This document shows, piece by piece, positions 28,485 through 41,800 of a stretch of DNA of 64,000 bases. Source of the DNA: Trichosphaerium sp. ATCC 40318 (lineage: Eukaryota > Protista > Tubulinea); assembly GCA_038496445.1 (NCBI GenBank), contig JALMLS010000039.1:55096-119095 (forward strand), read 5' to 3'. Position 1 is the first letter of the stretch; the number at the start of each line of letters is the position of its first letter. Position numbers and translations under genes: made by a program. Under the pieces are notes generated by a model, which ran no database searches, had not been told where the DNA came from, and saw only the letters and a list, made by a program, of their open reading frames with translations.

Positions 28485-29891
28485 TTAGGTGAAACGTATT
28501 TTATGTGCACCTGTCAACGTTTTAATATCTGGTAGCTCTACATTTTTGCGGTAATCCAACCTGATGGTATGTACACCTGAAATTGCCTTTAAACCTGCAC
28601 GTGTTACATTTGTATATGATAAATCAATCTTATGCACACCTGCCAATGCGTTCAAACCTTCATCTGTTACTTTTGTATATGATAAATCAATATCATGTAC
28701 ACCTGCCAATGCGTTCAAACCTTCATCTGTTACTTTTGTATATGATAAATCAATATCATGTACACCTGCCAATGCCGCAATGCCATTGTCTGTTATTGAC
28801 TCACAATAACATAGGTTGATAGCGTGCACACCTGCCAATGCCTTCAAACCTTCATCTGTTACTTTTGTATGTGATAAATTAATATCATGTACACCTGCCA
28901 ATGCTGCAATAACATTGTCTGTTATTGCTCTACAATAACATAGGTTGATAGTGTGTACACCTGCCAATGCCGCAATGCCATTGTCTGTTATTGCCTCACA
29001 ACAATATAGGTTGATAGTGTGTACACCTGCCAATGCGTTCAAACCTTCATCTGTTACTTTTGTATCTGATAAATCAATATCATGTACACCTGTCAATGCC
29101 GCAATGCCATTGTCTGTTATTGCCTTACAACAATATAGGTTGATAGTGTGTACACCTGCCAATGCCTTCAAACCTTCATCTGTTACTTTTGTAGATGATA
29201 AATTAATATCATGTACACCTGCCAATGCTGCAATGCCATTGTCTGTTATTGACATACAACCACATAGGTTGATAGTGTGTACACCTGCCAATGCCGCAAT
29301 GCCATTGTCTGTTATTGCCCCACAACAATATAGGTTGATAGTGTGTACACCTGCCAATGCCGCAATGCCATTGTCTGTTATTGCCCCACAACGATATAGG
29401 TTGATAGTGTGTACACCTGCCAATGCCTTCAAACCTTCATCTGTTACATTTGTATATGATAAATCAATATCATGTACACCTGTCAATGCCGCAATGCCAT
29501 TGTCTGTTATTGCCTCACAACAATATAGGTTGATAGTGTGTACACCTGCCAATGCCTTCAAACCTTCATCTGTTACTTTTGTATATGATAAATCAATATC
29601 ATGTACACCTGTCAATGCCGCAATAATGTCGTTTGGTAGCTCACATCGGTTGAGATCAATAGTTGTATTGTGGAGTAATGGACTACCAGAAAGCATCTGA
29701 ACTTCATTTGTGTTTTTAATATGGATACGACCATACCCAACATGGTTATGAACAATATCTCGTAAAAAATGGCACGTTTGGGCTGTACGAAGTGTATATG
29801 TCCCTTGTTTGATAATATGGACTATTAACTCAATTGGTAGCCCAACAAGGTCGAATACTTGGTTGAACTGTGTTTGTTGTTGTTTTTCCAT
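28485..29891 (-). CDS. F-box-like + LRR protein, family copy 3 (15 internal units plus cap), intronless
   Basis: Same N-terminus as copies 1 and 2; unit order A B A B B B A B A B B A B A A then cap; first ATG at 29891. Confidence 0.9.
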   Translation of the reverse strand: MEKQQQTQFNQVFDLVGLPIELIVHIIKQGTYTLRTAQTCHFLRDIVHNHVGYGRIHIKNTNEVQMLSGSPLLHNTTIDLNRCELPNDIIAALTGVHDIDLSYTKVTDEGLKALAGVHTINLYCCEAITDNGIAALTGVHDIDLSYTNVTDEGLKALAGVHTINLYRCGAITDNGIAALAGVHTINLYCCGAITDNGIAALAGVHTINLCGCMSITDNGIAALAGVHDINLSSTKVTDEGLKALAGVHTINLYCCKAITDNGIAALTGVHDIDLSDTKVTDEGLNALAGVHTINLYCCEAITDNGIAALAGVHTINLCYCRAITDNVIAALAGVHDINLSHTKVTDEGLKALAGVHAINLCYCESITDNGIAALAGVHDIDLSYTKVTDEGLNALAGVHDIDLSYTKVTDEGLNALAGVHKIDLSYTNVTRAGLKAISGVHTIRLDYRKNVELPDIKTLTGAHKIRFT

Positions 29892-30115
29892 TGTATGATC
29901 ACTGTCAATTTTCGTCAAATAATCGTACTAAATAGTGTACAAGTGTTGCGAGCACAAGTATACTGCGAGAAAAGTTAATTTATTATCTAAAAATGCGTGG
30001 TCTACCTTAATCTCATGAATTTACAAACATAAAGTTGTTATTTTGGTATCAAGTTCATTGGAGTTATTAAGGACTTCATGTCACGCAGTGACGTAATGGA
30101 ACATCTTCTCAATGT
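29892..30115. repeat. Upstream region shared with LRR copy 1 (direct repeat of 6457-6691)
   Basis: Near-identical sequence ending at cttctcaatgt in both (6691 and 30115); copy 3 lacks a short stretch containing ggtggctt. Confidence 0.9.
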
Positions 30116-32189
30116 CAACAATCACTTTCTTTATCCAATATGGATACGCCGGAGAGCTCAAGGTGGATGTGCTTGTGGAAAGTATATTTCAATGGAATAG
30201 AAAGCGCAGGACCTTTAGACTTTATTATTGGATATAACATAGCCCTTGAAGGCTCCGAGGCACATGACAATGCTTCAATGTACGTTTTCTAACTTTGAGT
30301 TACTAAATAAAATATATCCACGCACGTGATCACAAAAAAAAACGTGCGTTTTTACACATCTTCGTAGATGCTCACAAGGCCTGTTTCTTGAAAGCTCACA
30401 AGCATCAAAGATTTTCTTCGATCCTGGCCCTTTCTGTGAGGTACTCAATAGTTGACAATAGCGATGTTCCAAACGAATAGAATACCGAATATATCGCCAA
30501 AACGTGAAAAGTTGGAAATAGTCGACTATATTCCGATTCGGTTTTCAGAGAAGAGCGACTGTGAAACTGAAAGTTGTTGGCTTTTTTTTCAATCACCAAG
30601 TGCTTTTTGTTCATCCAAACCACTCTCATATGTATTAAAATGCATAGTTCTATACATAGAGTGGTTGGAAGCCCTATATTGAGTGAGTTTAAGATATCTA
30701 CATTTTAGCAGTAAAACTAAGCCTAACCGACACTTTTTTGTGAAATTGTGCCAGTGGTGACGTTTTTTTGACAATTCGAGCCAATCTTGAGCCCGCCACG
30801 TGATCTATTTTTTTGCTGTCTCAACACCACTTTTTAGTACTTTCCACGCGTAGAAATAGCCATCACTTGAGGTAAAACATATTTTAACACAATTTTGTAG
30901 TTTTATCTATTGCTTTCTCTATTAAAAAAAAAGTCTCAGACGTGTGAGGCTGTAAAAAAATGGGTTCAGGACAGCAATATGGATGTAATTTGTGCCGTTT
31001 TGTCTCACCACAAAAAGCGAGAAGAATATATTCGAAATTTTTTTCAAATACGAATTTTGCAATCTATCCGTTTGGAACATTGCTAGTTGACATGTTTGGC
31101 TTTTTTTTTAAAGGCAACTAACACGTTCCAGCATTTGTACCTTTCTTGTTCCAGATATGCCTCGGACACATTTAACTATAACGATGCGTGGCCTTACGAA
31201 TGGTACTCTTTGCTCAGATACTCATAAACCATGTACACTATGCAATGATGGTTTCCACAAAACCAAGTCAGCTATAACGTCACTTGAGATTAACAGTAAC
31301 CTCGTTCTTGCATCTAACCCACAAGAAATAATATTCACTAAGCATTACGTACTTCAATTCCATTTATTCCTTGGTACACAATAAATCATGTGATTTATGA
31401 TTAATCATATTCACTTTTTTGTTAACACTGCTAAGAATACGAGCCTATATGTGGCGATGGTGTACATGAGATTTTTGAGGAGTGCGATGACGGGAACAAA
31501 CAAAACGGAGATGGTTGCTCAAGGTACACTCAATAGCTCTCATCAAAGTTTCTTTGTTGATTGAAGTTAGTCTTTGCTTTATTGATACTATCGCTACAAA
31601 TACTTCAGCGCCTGTAGCGAAAAACTAAACAATTAGTGGAGATGACCCTAGAGCGTGTAGTTTTAAAGACTTTGAGTATTGCCTTCAAAAATACCTTCAC
31701 TTGAATTTGACAGAATTTCATTGTAATTTTAACACTCCTTGGTGCTTGTTTGATACTAACGCTAACTGGGATTATATGTTTCTGTAGATGTTGTAGTTGC
31801 TGTGAGGAAGGTAAGGAGTGTTTTTTTCTAAAAAGGTCAAGACATAACTGTTTGTTTACACGTAAACATTTTTCTCAAGTTTATCTTGTTTAGATGAAGA
31901 AGACTATATTCAAGAACCTGCAATTTATTCTCCACCAAAAGACAACGAAAAGGATCAAGTAAGTATATTTATACCTGTAGAAAGGCTACCCTTAATAGCG
32001 TAAATAGGCGTTAAGTACCACAAAAAAAGAAAGAAAATAAGCCGACAAGATTGGTTCATACGTGAAGAGGACCCTGATGAAACATCCGGTTCAAGCATAG
32101 AACTTAACTCAATGAATTCATTGGATAGTGTTGCTTCACAAGGAACTTTAGAAGAGCTCTCCAAGTCGTTTCCGGAGTACTACAAATAA
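30116..32189 (+). CDS. Cys-rich protein with a Myxococcus cysteine-rich/DUF4215-type repeat, multi-exon, probably 5'-truncated
   Basis: Exon at about 31436-31523 reads EPICGDGVHEIFEECDDGNKQNGDGCS; other open exons at 30116-30289, 30368-30440 and 31156-31348; ends SKSFPEYYK*. The frame is open right up to the LRR-promoter junction and has no signal peptide. Confidence 0.65.
30459..31085. mobile_element. hAT-like MITE (627 bp) inside an intron
   Basis: TIRs TAGCGATGTTCCAAACGAATAGA / TAGCAATGTTCCAAACGGATAGA (21/23); 8-bp flanking repeat GTTGACAA / GTTGACAT. Confidence 0.85.
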
Positions 32190-32772
32190 TGTAGTTTTAG
32201 CAACAATAAAACAATTTTAATGTCTTGAACTGTTTTTTTTGGAAGTCGGCATTCCAAAACCGACCTTCATTTACCATAAGTGTTTCACTCTTTTCCGCTT
32301 CTTTGTTGGGTAAGAATCAAGCTGATAGCAACCAAACACAGAGTATGTCGGTTGGTTCAACCAACACCTCCACAAAAAGCTGTAACCGGTTTCCACTGCT
32401 CGTTTATATGAGTCAACACATTATCAACAGCGATGTATTTGAACTAACGAAATCCACAAGAAAAGATCAAGCTTTCGTAAATGTGATTTTTGTCACCGTT
32501 TACCTCTTTTTTTTGCTTCCCGTTACCTGTGACAACAACCCCGAAAGTTGTTCAAATCAATGGCGCTTGCAATTTTTGCGTCTTTTGAAAGATGAACTTT
32601 ACCACCTATTAACCGACTCCAGAGCTTTGTACATAATGTAATAACAGAACAGTCACCTTTTTTAAGGATTCCATAAATTTTGGAGAACTTTATAGCAGTT
32701 ACCAATGGATTTTTTATTAAGTCAGTGTTCGATGAAATTGTGACATCTAAACTGTTAATCAGTAACATGTAT

Positions 32773-33315
32773 TTATTCAAGGTCATATTCCTCCTCCTTC
32801 TTTTTCTTGTAGCAAGAACAACAAGCACATACACAACCTACAATACTTGCTATTATTATACCCAAAATACATAGACCACCAATGATGGAACAAACAATTA
32901 CTATAATTAATACTTCGACAATAGATAATCCACAACTTTTGTTTTCACAATTACTCCCTTCGAAACCACTGTTTGTCAAATGTCATTAAAAGTCGTAGAT
33001 ATGAATGAATATTATACGTACCCTTCACAATAGTAACATCCAGGTCGTGAAAGACATGATTGTTCATCATAATTTGAATTGCAAGTACCTTTTTAAAGAG
33101 TCAAATAGAAAACCGATTCATTTTGTAAGAGGAAAAAAACCCGTACAAAACACGTTTGGAGCGTAAAGACAATCAAACGAGGTGCTGTTCCAGTAGCAAT
33201 CTGATGGACAGTTGATCGGAGCGTAGGTGGTAGATACCGGCTCATCTGTGCTATTTTGAGCTAAAGACAAACATACAAGTGCCAGAATTAAAGTGAAAGC
33301 AGCAAGTGTTGTCAT
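32773..33315 (-). CDS. Small type I membrane protein with Cys-rich ectodomain (3 exons)
   Basis: Signal peptide MTTLAAFTLILALVCLSLA, Cys-rich CPSDCYW...CLSRPGCYYC...GSNC, hydrophobic TM region, juxtamembrane CVCACCSCYKKKK, short acidic tail. Confidence 0.75.
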
Positions 33316-34159
33316 ATAAGGCTTAGTTTGCGTTAAAACACTTTTTTGGTTTTTTTGGGTTATGTACTGCTTTTCGTCTGAAATGGCCTTCCAAGCAGGT
33401 AATACGGTTGGTAGATTGGATAAATAAAGATTAAACACTAAGTCACCACACTTGTTAAGTGGTGTTCTCTGTGTGGTGCCTTTTTTGTGAATCCACTAAA
33501 TGACATAGATAGTAACTAACTTTGCTAATGCCTGAACCACTAGCGACACGGGGAAAAAAGTGTAGAAAAGTGGAGAAGTTTGATTTCGGGAGAGTTATGG
33601 GTCAGGATGTTGTGGGAAGTATTCGGGTTCAAAAGATCAATCACACCCACTGTTGTTGTAGTCAACATCGCACTACAAACACGAAGTATTTGAAACTCAA
33701 TACAGCAAGCGTCTTTCTTACTATCGTATACATAACAAAATACCATCTGACATTGTCACTGCATAGTACAGTGAACGCTGAGCCAATGTAGACCACTGTT
33801 CACTACAATCAAGTCTATAAAAGTCCTCGGGGAAGAGAACCCGACCTTCACAAAACGTCATCCATTTAATGGTATCTCACAGTTCGACAAGAGTCTGAAA
33901 AATAACCTAGCTTCACGAGCGAAGGATTTGACATGAAATAACGCGTTCTATTTTAGCGTAAGCCTACGTTGTATAATGTCACTCCCAATTTGTAGCAGGC
34001 ACGTGACTTTTTGTTCTTATGCTCACTTCAAGTACTGCATGAGGATATACTCATGGTATAGCTTGTAGAGTTGCAAAGGGTTACTCATGTCACAACGACA
34101 CTAGTGTATTTCCCAAAGGCGTTCTATTTTATTTACATAAGGATTTCATTTTGTACATG

Positions 34160-35660
34160 TTGTTAATAGAATAGTACATCCATAAAACGCTGGTGCCATG
34201 ATTTACTGTACTTCTTTTGAAGTACACCATTCATAAAATAGTACTTTGATCTCAATAAACCATTGTCATACCAATGATATGTCTTTCCTTGTAGTCTACC
34301 TTTAACATAAAAACTCTTCTCTTTCAAGTTACCATTTTTATACCACCACTTCTTCTCTCCTTCAAGCTTACTCTTGACAAAATTAGATCGGCTCATTTTG
34401 CTGCCAGAATAATAATAGCATGTTTGAGTTCCTTCTATTCTACCTTTGACATAAGAACACGTGCTCATCAACTGACCATTGAAATACCAAGTCTTTTTCT
34501 CTCCTTCTATTTTACCATTAACGTAATTGCAATGCTCTTTAATTTGACCATTACTGTAGTGACACGTTTTCTCTCCTTCAAGTTTACCATTTACATAGTT
34601 CTTTTCAAACACTTGACCACTCCTGTACCACTGTGTATGTTTACCGTCTCTCATACCGTTGATATAATATCCTTGCTTTGAGAGCTTACCATTCCAATGC
34701 CATTGCGTGTATTTTCCTTCTTTTTTACCATTTACATAGAACGATGTCTCTTTTACTTGTCCATTATAATACCACTGCTCGAGTTTGCCATCAATTTCGC
34801 CATTGGTATAGCGAGTATGTCGATGCAATGAACCATTAATATACCACTTTTTGTACTCGCCTTCTCGCTTATCGTTGACGTAATGACAGTGTTCTTTTAA
34901 GGTCCCATTTCTGTGCCATTTCTTAAACTCTCCTTCTTGCTTTCCGTTGACATAAAAACTCTTCTTTAGCTGGCCGTTCTTGTACCACTTCTTGATCTCG
35001 CCTTGTAGTTTATCATTGACGAAATACCCTTGTTCTCTCAATTGACCACTGTGGTTATACTTCAACCACTTGCCCGTCTTTTTCATATCATAGTTATACC
35101 GTGTTGACATTGCTGCATGTTTTGAAACCAGCGGCCATTTTAAATAGACTTCGGGATCTATATCGCATATATCAAGCTGTATCTCTGGTGGAAGGCTAAG
35201 TAGGTAGCAACCGCGACGAGCACTTGATGGTGATGAGAATACAGATTTACTCTAGTAATAATAGTTAGATGATTGTAAATAGGGATAGTACTGTTACCTT
35301 GGATGACATTGTAGAATGTAGAATTGTTGTTTGTTGTTCGTTTGTTTTATGAAATAATAAATCCACAGTTGCGTTCATGAAAGTGATGCTATGATCGCGT
35401 CGAAATTGCCTCGTGAATATACCAAACGCCAAGCCTTATTCCTGCAATTCTGATAGCAGAAGGTGAGGAAGGTTAAAACGTACTTTGGCTCACATCCATG
35501 TATAATTTTCGGGTGATCTAATTCGGTGATATACTCACGCAGTATTTGTGATATCCTTGAATATTCTGATATTTGTATCACGTGATAATCGAGACTTTAA
35601 GTTAAGGGGATTTATGGTTCACAATACCGGGAAATATTTTTCCCACAACAGTTATTAGCC
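34160..35660. repeat. Inverted duplication arm (partner about 56563-58055)
   Basis: The gene plus about 350 bp of upstream sequence recurs in reverse complement 21 kb away; similarity stops close to the stop codon. Confidence 0.88.
34163..35309 (-). CDS. F-box-like + MORN-variant repeat protein, copy A (4-codon first exon)
   Basis: The ORF extends upstream in frame: MSSK|SKSVFSSPSSARRGCYLLSLPPEIQLDICDIDPEVYLKWPLVSKHAAMSTRY..., then about 12 repeats GExKxWYxNGQL. Confidence 0.85.
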
Positions 35661-36039
35661 TTGGACAAGGTTATAGTATCTAAACTCTTTACGCCAGATT
35701 AGATTCACATACCGGTAGAATTACCGATTCACAGAAAACCTCAAAATGAAGTCGTGATACTATACCTCCATTATACAACTTATATTGCCAGCTGAAACCA
35801 AGAAGCAAATTCAGATTATTGAACGTGGGTTCTTAGCTACTGTTGATCAAAAGTTGTAGAGTGAATCGCCTAACTCCGTTAGGAACAGATTGAATGCGCG
35901 TTGTATAGTGTATTTTGCTATGTAGTGTCCATTGCTAGCGTTTAAGGTACGCAATATAAGGTTTATGAGTCATAATACTCCGTTATATGAGGTAGACTTT
36001 TAGAGCTTTATTTTGTACATATTTTTGGTAGCATGAAGT

Positions 36040-38688
36040 TTACTTTTTGTTGTTTACTTTATTTACTGCTTCTTCTAACGACTCTTTACCAAAATCAGGA
36101 TTAGTAGCATCCTTTTCTTCCTAAACATTTATTGATTAATCACAAAAAAACTACAATTCTAGGTGACGACATACCTCACAAGCTTTGATGAGATGTTCTT
36201 CGTGAACCTGAAAAAGGAAAAAAAAATTAGCAAGACAAGAACAGATACGGAAACCACGTGGTGAATATAAACTTGAAACGATCGAAAATTGGTTCTACAC
36301 GTACATTCACACCCATTAGTTGGTTTCCTATTGTCAACCAACCTGGTCTTGTATTATGTGGTCGTCCAAAAAGTTCAACTTTCCTCATACTAGGAGCTAA
36401 ACGCTCAATAACATTGTAAACTTCGTCAGGCTTTCTTGATGTTTGTCGGACTTCCGCAACAATGACATCACAGTCTATACGTGTATTTAGGGTTGTTGGA
36501 TTTCCTTTTAACCCAACCTAGAAGAAGACAGTAAGGGCAAGACAAACTCTTCAAAAAAAGTCAGAAACGTCGAAAAAAGGTTGTACCAGACAATGCTCTT
36601 TGGAGTGATTTAGCCAATGACCAGTTCTTCCTGTTCGTATAATACGTTGTAGCTGATTTGTTTTAATCCATACAAGCTCATCAACACGCTTGTATCCCCA
36701 TATCTCAAGGCATTCTCTGCCTAATTCCTAAAAACACCATTAAAACCCACTTTAAAATAAAACTCCTTGACCAGCGCGGATTGATTTACAAATAAAACAA
36801 TAAAATTTGTTATGGCTTACCATTGCACGCCCAGTGACCCAAAGGAAGATATAACCTGCGAAAATATCAGCACAAAAGAAAAAAAGTAACAACAGATAAA
36901 GTAGAATATTAAATTTAATATGATTACCATTGTCTTGTAGTTTATGTACTGGTAAAGAACGCATCTCGGCATCTTTCATTGTTCCATAAGGTAGCTAGAA
37001 AACAATCAAAAAGATTTCTAATATTAGCAGTTCGATCGATTTCAAACGTTTCCAAAACAAAAGAAACGAAGGAAAAAAAATTGAAAACACCTTCTTGAAA
37101 ATTTCTAATATTTCAGTCGTACCTCCATATGAATATCCCAAGGTGGATCAGCCATAACAACCTCAAATTTACCTAGCTTTTCAAAATCAAATTTTCTTAT
37201 ATCACAGTTTATCCACTGAGCAGGCTTCAAGTTCTCTGGAACAGGTTTTGGTTGTGGTTTACTTGATTGCGCAACTTCTTCATCATCAATCTCATAGTGA
37301 ACAAAACGGCACTTATCCATTCTTCTACAAGTATCCAAATAAGAGCAATCACCAAGAGAAACATCTGTATGGTTCTGTACAATACGCTTAAAGTGAATCT
37401 AAAGAGAAATAAAAAGTTAGAAAAAAATAAGAAAGATCACGTGTAATAAAAAATACTAAAACATGCTTACTCCACTACAGACGAAACCTTTCGCTCTGTG
37501 GCATCTTTTTTTTGTTCTATGAGTACAATATTCTCTAAATGCTTCTCCAGTAGATCGAAACTACAACAAAAGTAAGGCACATAGAACACTAACTAACGAA
37601 CTATTTTTTTCGATTTTTTTTGTTTTTACCTTGTTTGTTCTCTTTTGTTGTTGGTATGTAGGTTTATCTAACAAGTCCAAAATAGTGTTATCATTACCTA
37701 ATCCACTTCTAGTACAGAAAGAAGGCTTATTCAGTAACTCGTCAACCTCATCAACTAACAAAGAAAAGAAAGTAAGTGAACTGTTAAAAAAACATGTTCA
37801 TTTCACTACTTACCATGTTCTTCCTTTTTAGGCTCTTTGTTATCTTCTTTTTTCCTTCTACCGTCTCTAGATTCTTCTTTTTTATTTTCTCCTTCTCTGG
37901 TTCGCTCTTCAGCATCGCCTGATATGTTGACATCGACATCCATGTCATCAAGCGGAAATAGTGTCTTACGCAATCCAAGGAGCTTCTCTTTGTTTAAATC
38001 TATTAAAACAAGCCTAGCATTAACGTCTGAGGCCATATCTAGCTCATCTAATACAATAATATCTCCATGAGAGTCGACAATATCCTAAAAATGTTCAGTT
38101 GATTTTTTTCTAATTTTTTTTATCATCGGCACAGTTACGCCTCAAAAACGCTTCCTGTGGCGTATGTTCTATGCTCTTACCTTTATATACGTTGTTATTA
38201 TGTCTACAAGTGTTTCACCGCCATAGTTATCAACGTGAGTATCCGGATAACGCCGTCTGAAGGCTTCTTCAACAACATCTTATGAAGTAATTAGAAAAAC
38301 ACCTGTCAAAACGTTGATAGGCGGAACGTTGAGAAAAACGCTGTTCGTTGTACCTATGTTGACAGGCATTGTAAAATTTTCTTCCAGAAGAGTGTCTATT
38401 ATGTTACGACTATGCCTGGATTAAAACGACGCGTGTGTAATAGGTTTTAGCGATAATAATTACGCACTGTAAATCTTGCACTTCTATTCCACCTAGGGTA
38501 GAAGCATATGGAACAGAAGATAGATCTCTATTATCTCCGTTATCTTCTAACCGATATTAAGCGATTTTGTAATTATGTAGTACATCACCTTCGTTTCTAC
38601 CCAATGCATGCATAACCATAGCGCGTAGCATCTTTTGGCGTCTTTTTAACGCCAGGATTTTTTTAAACGTCTGTGACACATCAGACAT
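36040..38688 (-). CDS. METTL3: mRNA m6A methyltransferase catalytic subunit METTL3/IME4 (MT-A70), multi-exon
   Basis: CCCH zinc finger [37 protein letters not shown]|[52 protein letters not shown]. Confidence 0.96.
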
Positions 38689-38805
38689 TGTACCTTGCAA
38701 TCTATTTCGTTGCTGTGTAGCAACGAAAGACCCAAAGAACAAAAAAAAACAGTTTTGGTCAAAAATTCGCCAAGTTTCTTGATTTACGCCAAATCGTACG
38801 ATGAA
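38689..38805. promoter_or_regulatory. Putative compact bidirectional promoter (METTL3 / karyopherin)
   Basis: Only 117 bp between divergent ATGs; similar arrangements at 47872-47990 and 9984-10411. Confidence 0.5.
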
Positions 38806-41800
38806 ATGAGTAGCCCGTATCAATTACAGACTGTGTTGCAGGTATCGTTAAGAACAATATTTGATCAAACCAATAAACCGCCTTTTAATCTAAGCACGTA
38901 ATTAGGCTCTCGGTGCTTTATATAGTGCCTCGACAACCCCAGAGCAACGCGCTGGCGCTAACAGTTGGTTGACGAAGTTTCAGCAAAGCAATGATGCTTG
39001 GGGCATTTCATTTGGTTTATTACGCTCACAGGTGCGTGAATAGACAAAAAAACAGTTTAACCATCAGTTTTTTCCTCAATTGCCGTGCAGCATTATAAAC
39101 ATACTTCAGATCGATATTAACACGCGTCTAGAATCCTCAGGCATCATATTTTGGAGCTTTCACACTTCACTCCAAGATAATCGCTACTTGGTACGTTTTC
39201 AAGGTCTTTTTTGGCGTTTCCTTGCATTTGCGTTCATGAAATCACACTGTCATGTGTCACAATACAGATTGCGTACGCTCGCAATAGTGTTTGTATGTAT
39301 TTTGAGCAATGACACGTGCAAGAGGGTTCAGAAACTATCGAAATTGACATGCGTATCTTCTTTCCTTTTTTCTTCATCTTGCGTCTTTTATTAATTATCT
39401 ATAAAGGATTCATCTACCTCCTGCACATAAACAGCAATTATCACAACTACTTATGGCTGAAGTAGGTCAATTACAAAACAGTACGCAGCTGGAGATGGTT
39501 TTTTTTTATTTTCTTTTTTGAACATAACTATGTTTCTGTTGGTACTAATTTATTTAAGGACCTCGCAATGTTCTTACAAAATTGAGTGCAGCTATCGCTA
39601 CTGCAGGATTACTATCGCTGCCTGATGAGTGGCCTTCATTTTTTCTAGATTGTACAAAGCTAATACAAAGTGTACGTCAAGTGGTTTTAGTTCAACAATT
39701 TCAATCACGTTTTTCTTATTCTCTGTTAAGGGCCATCTATTGGCGTTCCTTGAAATTCTTAAGCTATTCGCTGAGGAACTATTTCAAGAGTTTTCGAGGA
39801 GCCTTAAGCTTCCAGAGGTTAAGCGGTAAGTAATGACAAACAACAATCTATAGATTAATCAAAAAAAAAATAGAAAAAAAGTTATGGTTGTTGCGTATCA
39901 ACAATTCCCTCAACTCCTCGCTTTGTTGATGGGATTCCTTAAAATACAAGATAAAGTAGTAGTAGAAGCAACAATGAGTTGTATATCAGGTTGGATAAGT
40001 GCAGAGCATATTGTCAAGTACGCCAATGTTTTTTGCTTGAAAATCTTTTCTCGGTTTTTTTCCAGCTTTGTTCTTCAGAGCTTTTCTATCTTTCTTCTTT
40101 AACACAAGTTTTAGTAGCGTAATCGATACAGATCTAATAGATTGTATATTCGAGTGTATGTTACGATATAATAGTACTATATCTGAAGGAGCAAATGTTA
40201 TAATCGTAATTCTTTCATCTCTTTCTTTTATGAAACGTCCTCTAACAGTCAAGAAAATATTGGCACAATCTCTTCGTTTATTTCAACCATTCCTTAATGC
40301 ATTAGAAGGTACATACTTTACCTTGTTTTTTTGTGTCATCTCAGAGGGAATTAAACACACCTAGAAGATGATGAAGATGCAAGACATTCAATTATTAATT
40401 TATGGGTTGATTTAATTCAAAATGAGCCTGATGTTGTTTGTAATGATCCTAATGGAGTTCGTCTTGCACAACTAATGGTATGTTATTTAAGAAACCTCAA
40501 TTCAGTTGGGTTTAATTTATACGCTGTAGCTTGAAGCTGTGAGGAGAGGAGAGTCAGATATAGTTGACTTAACGTTTACTTTTTGGTCTGAACTTATTGA
40601 CTTGATTAGTGTTTCAGAGAGTATGTGGCTTGTCACGTGATTTATTTTTATCTCCTTATCAAACCTTTATACTTACGCGTCAATTCACCAGGTGACTCAA
40701 CTATTGGTTCAGCGTATATGCCTACCCTGCTACAGCTAATTCCAGCTCTTTGTATTCATTGTAGATTTGCTGATGATTTCTCAGGTAATACTTTTGCTCT
40801 CATTTATCGTTGTGATGTTGCCTTAAAATTGTTTCTTTAGATTGGTCAGAAGATCTACAAGACGATTTCAAGAAATTTAGAAGGGAACTCGGAGATATAA
40901 TGGCTCACTGTCATCCTTTCTTACAGTATGATTTTTTTTTCGACGTTCAAAAATTGCTTCTCTCTTTTTTTTCTTTTGTTGTTCTTAGCCTTATGACCAG
41001 TACTAAACATCTTTATTTTTTCAGATATAACCAGACTAAAGTCCTTTTTGACCTGTTAAAAACTGCTTTGCAACGTTCTTCTATTGCATGGCTTGATGTA
41101 GAGGCTGTTTTATATGTTTTTGGTAAAGTTATAGAATCAGGTGATCTTGATGATGAAGAACATGTTACAATACGTGATGTATTGGAAATACTTCCTAAAC
41201 TACCTAAAGAACAGACTGAACTTAAAATTACAGCTGTGCGGTTTATAGGCAAGTTATTTTTTTGGTTGTTTTGTGCTTTTGTTTGATTCAAAAAAAATGA
41301 GCGGTGTATTTTGCTCTCCTCGTCGCTCTCCGAATCACGTGTTCTCAAGCTTTTAATTAATTTTCTTTAGGCGAGCTAGGACAACCTTGGTTAACAAACC
41401 ACCCAGATTATGTTCCTGCTGCACTTTCTTTTGTTACAACAGCGTTCGAAGGCACGTTTTTTTTATCACGAGAAAAAACGAAAAAAACTTCCGCAGCTGA
41501 CTTCCATACTAATTTATGTTAATAGATCGTATTGCTGCATGCCCTGCTGTATGTGAAATAGTTCACTCGTATACTTGCATTTTGCTCACCTTTGTTTAGG
41601 TTGTCGCACTGCATTCTATCTGTATGGATTGCCCAAGGATTATTGTTCCTCATTTAGCTCCTTTATTAAATGTTTCTCGTTCAGTACTTTACCAATTACC
41701 GGTATGTATAGAAACAAACGCTATTGGTTAAATATACTAAAAATGTTGTAGCATAATGAGAGACACTTGCTTACTGCAGCATTGTTTATTTTAGTCAGCG

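Noticed and set aside
28564-29700. Plus-strand CTPANA-repeat ORFs (also 5573-6085, 18410-18592, 59167-59484, 62843-63073)
   Set aside because: Antisense shadows of the LRR repeats.
28485-29891. Diversity-generating retroelement as the source of LRR variation (variable codons look like NNT)
   Set aside because: No reverse transcriptase or template repeat in the window, and synonymous third-position adenines in the units are essentially invariant, unlike adenine-directed mutagenesis.
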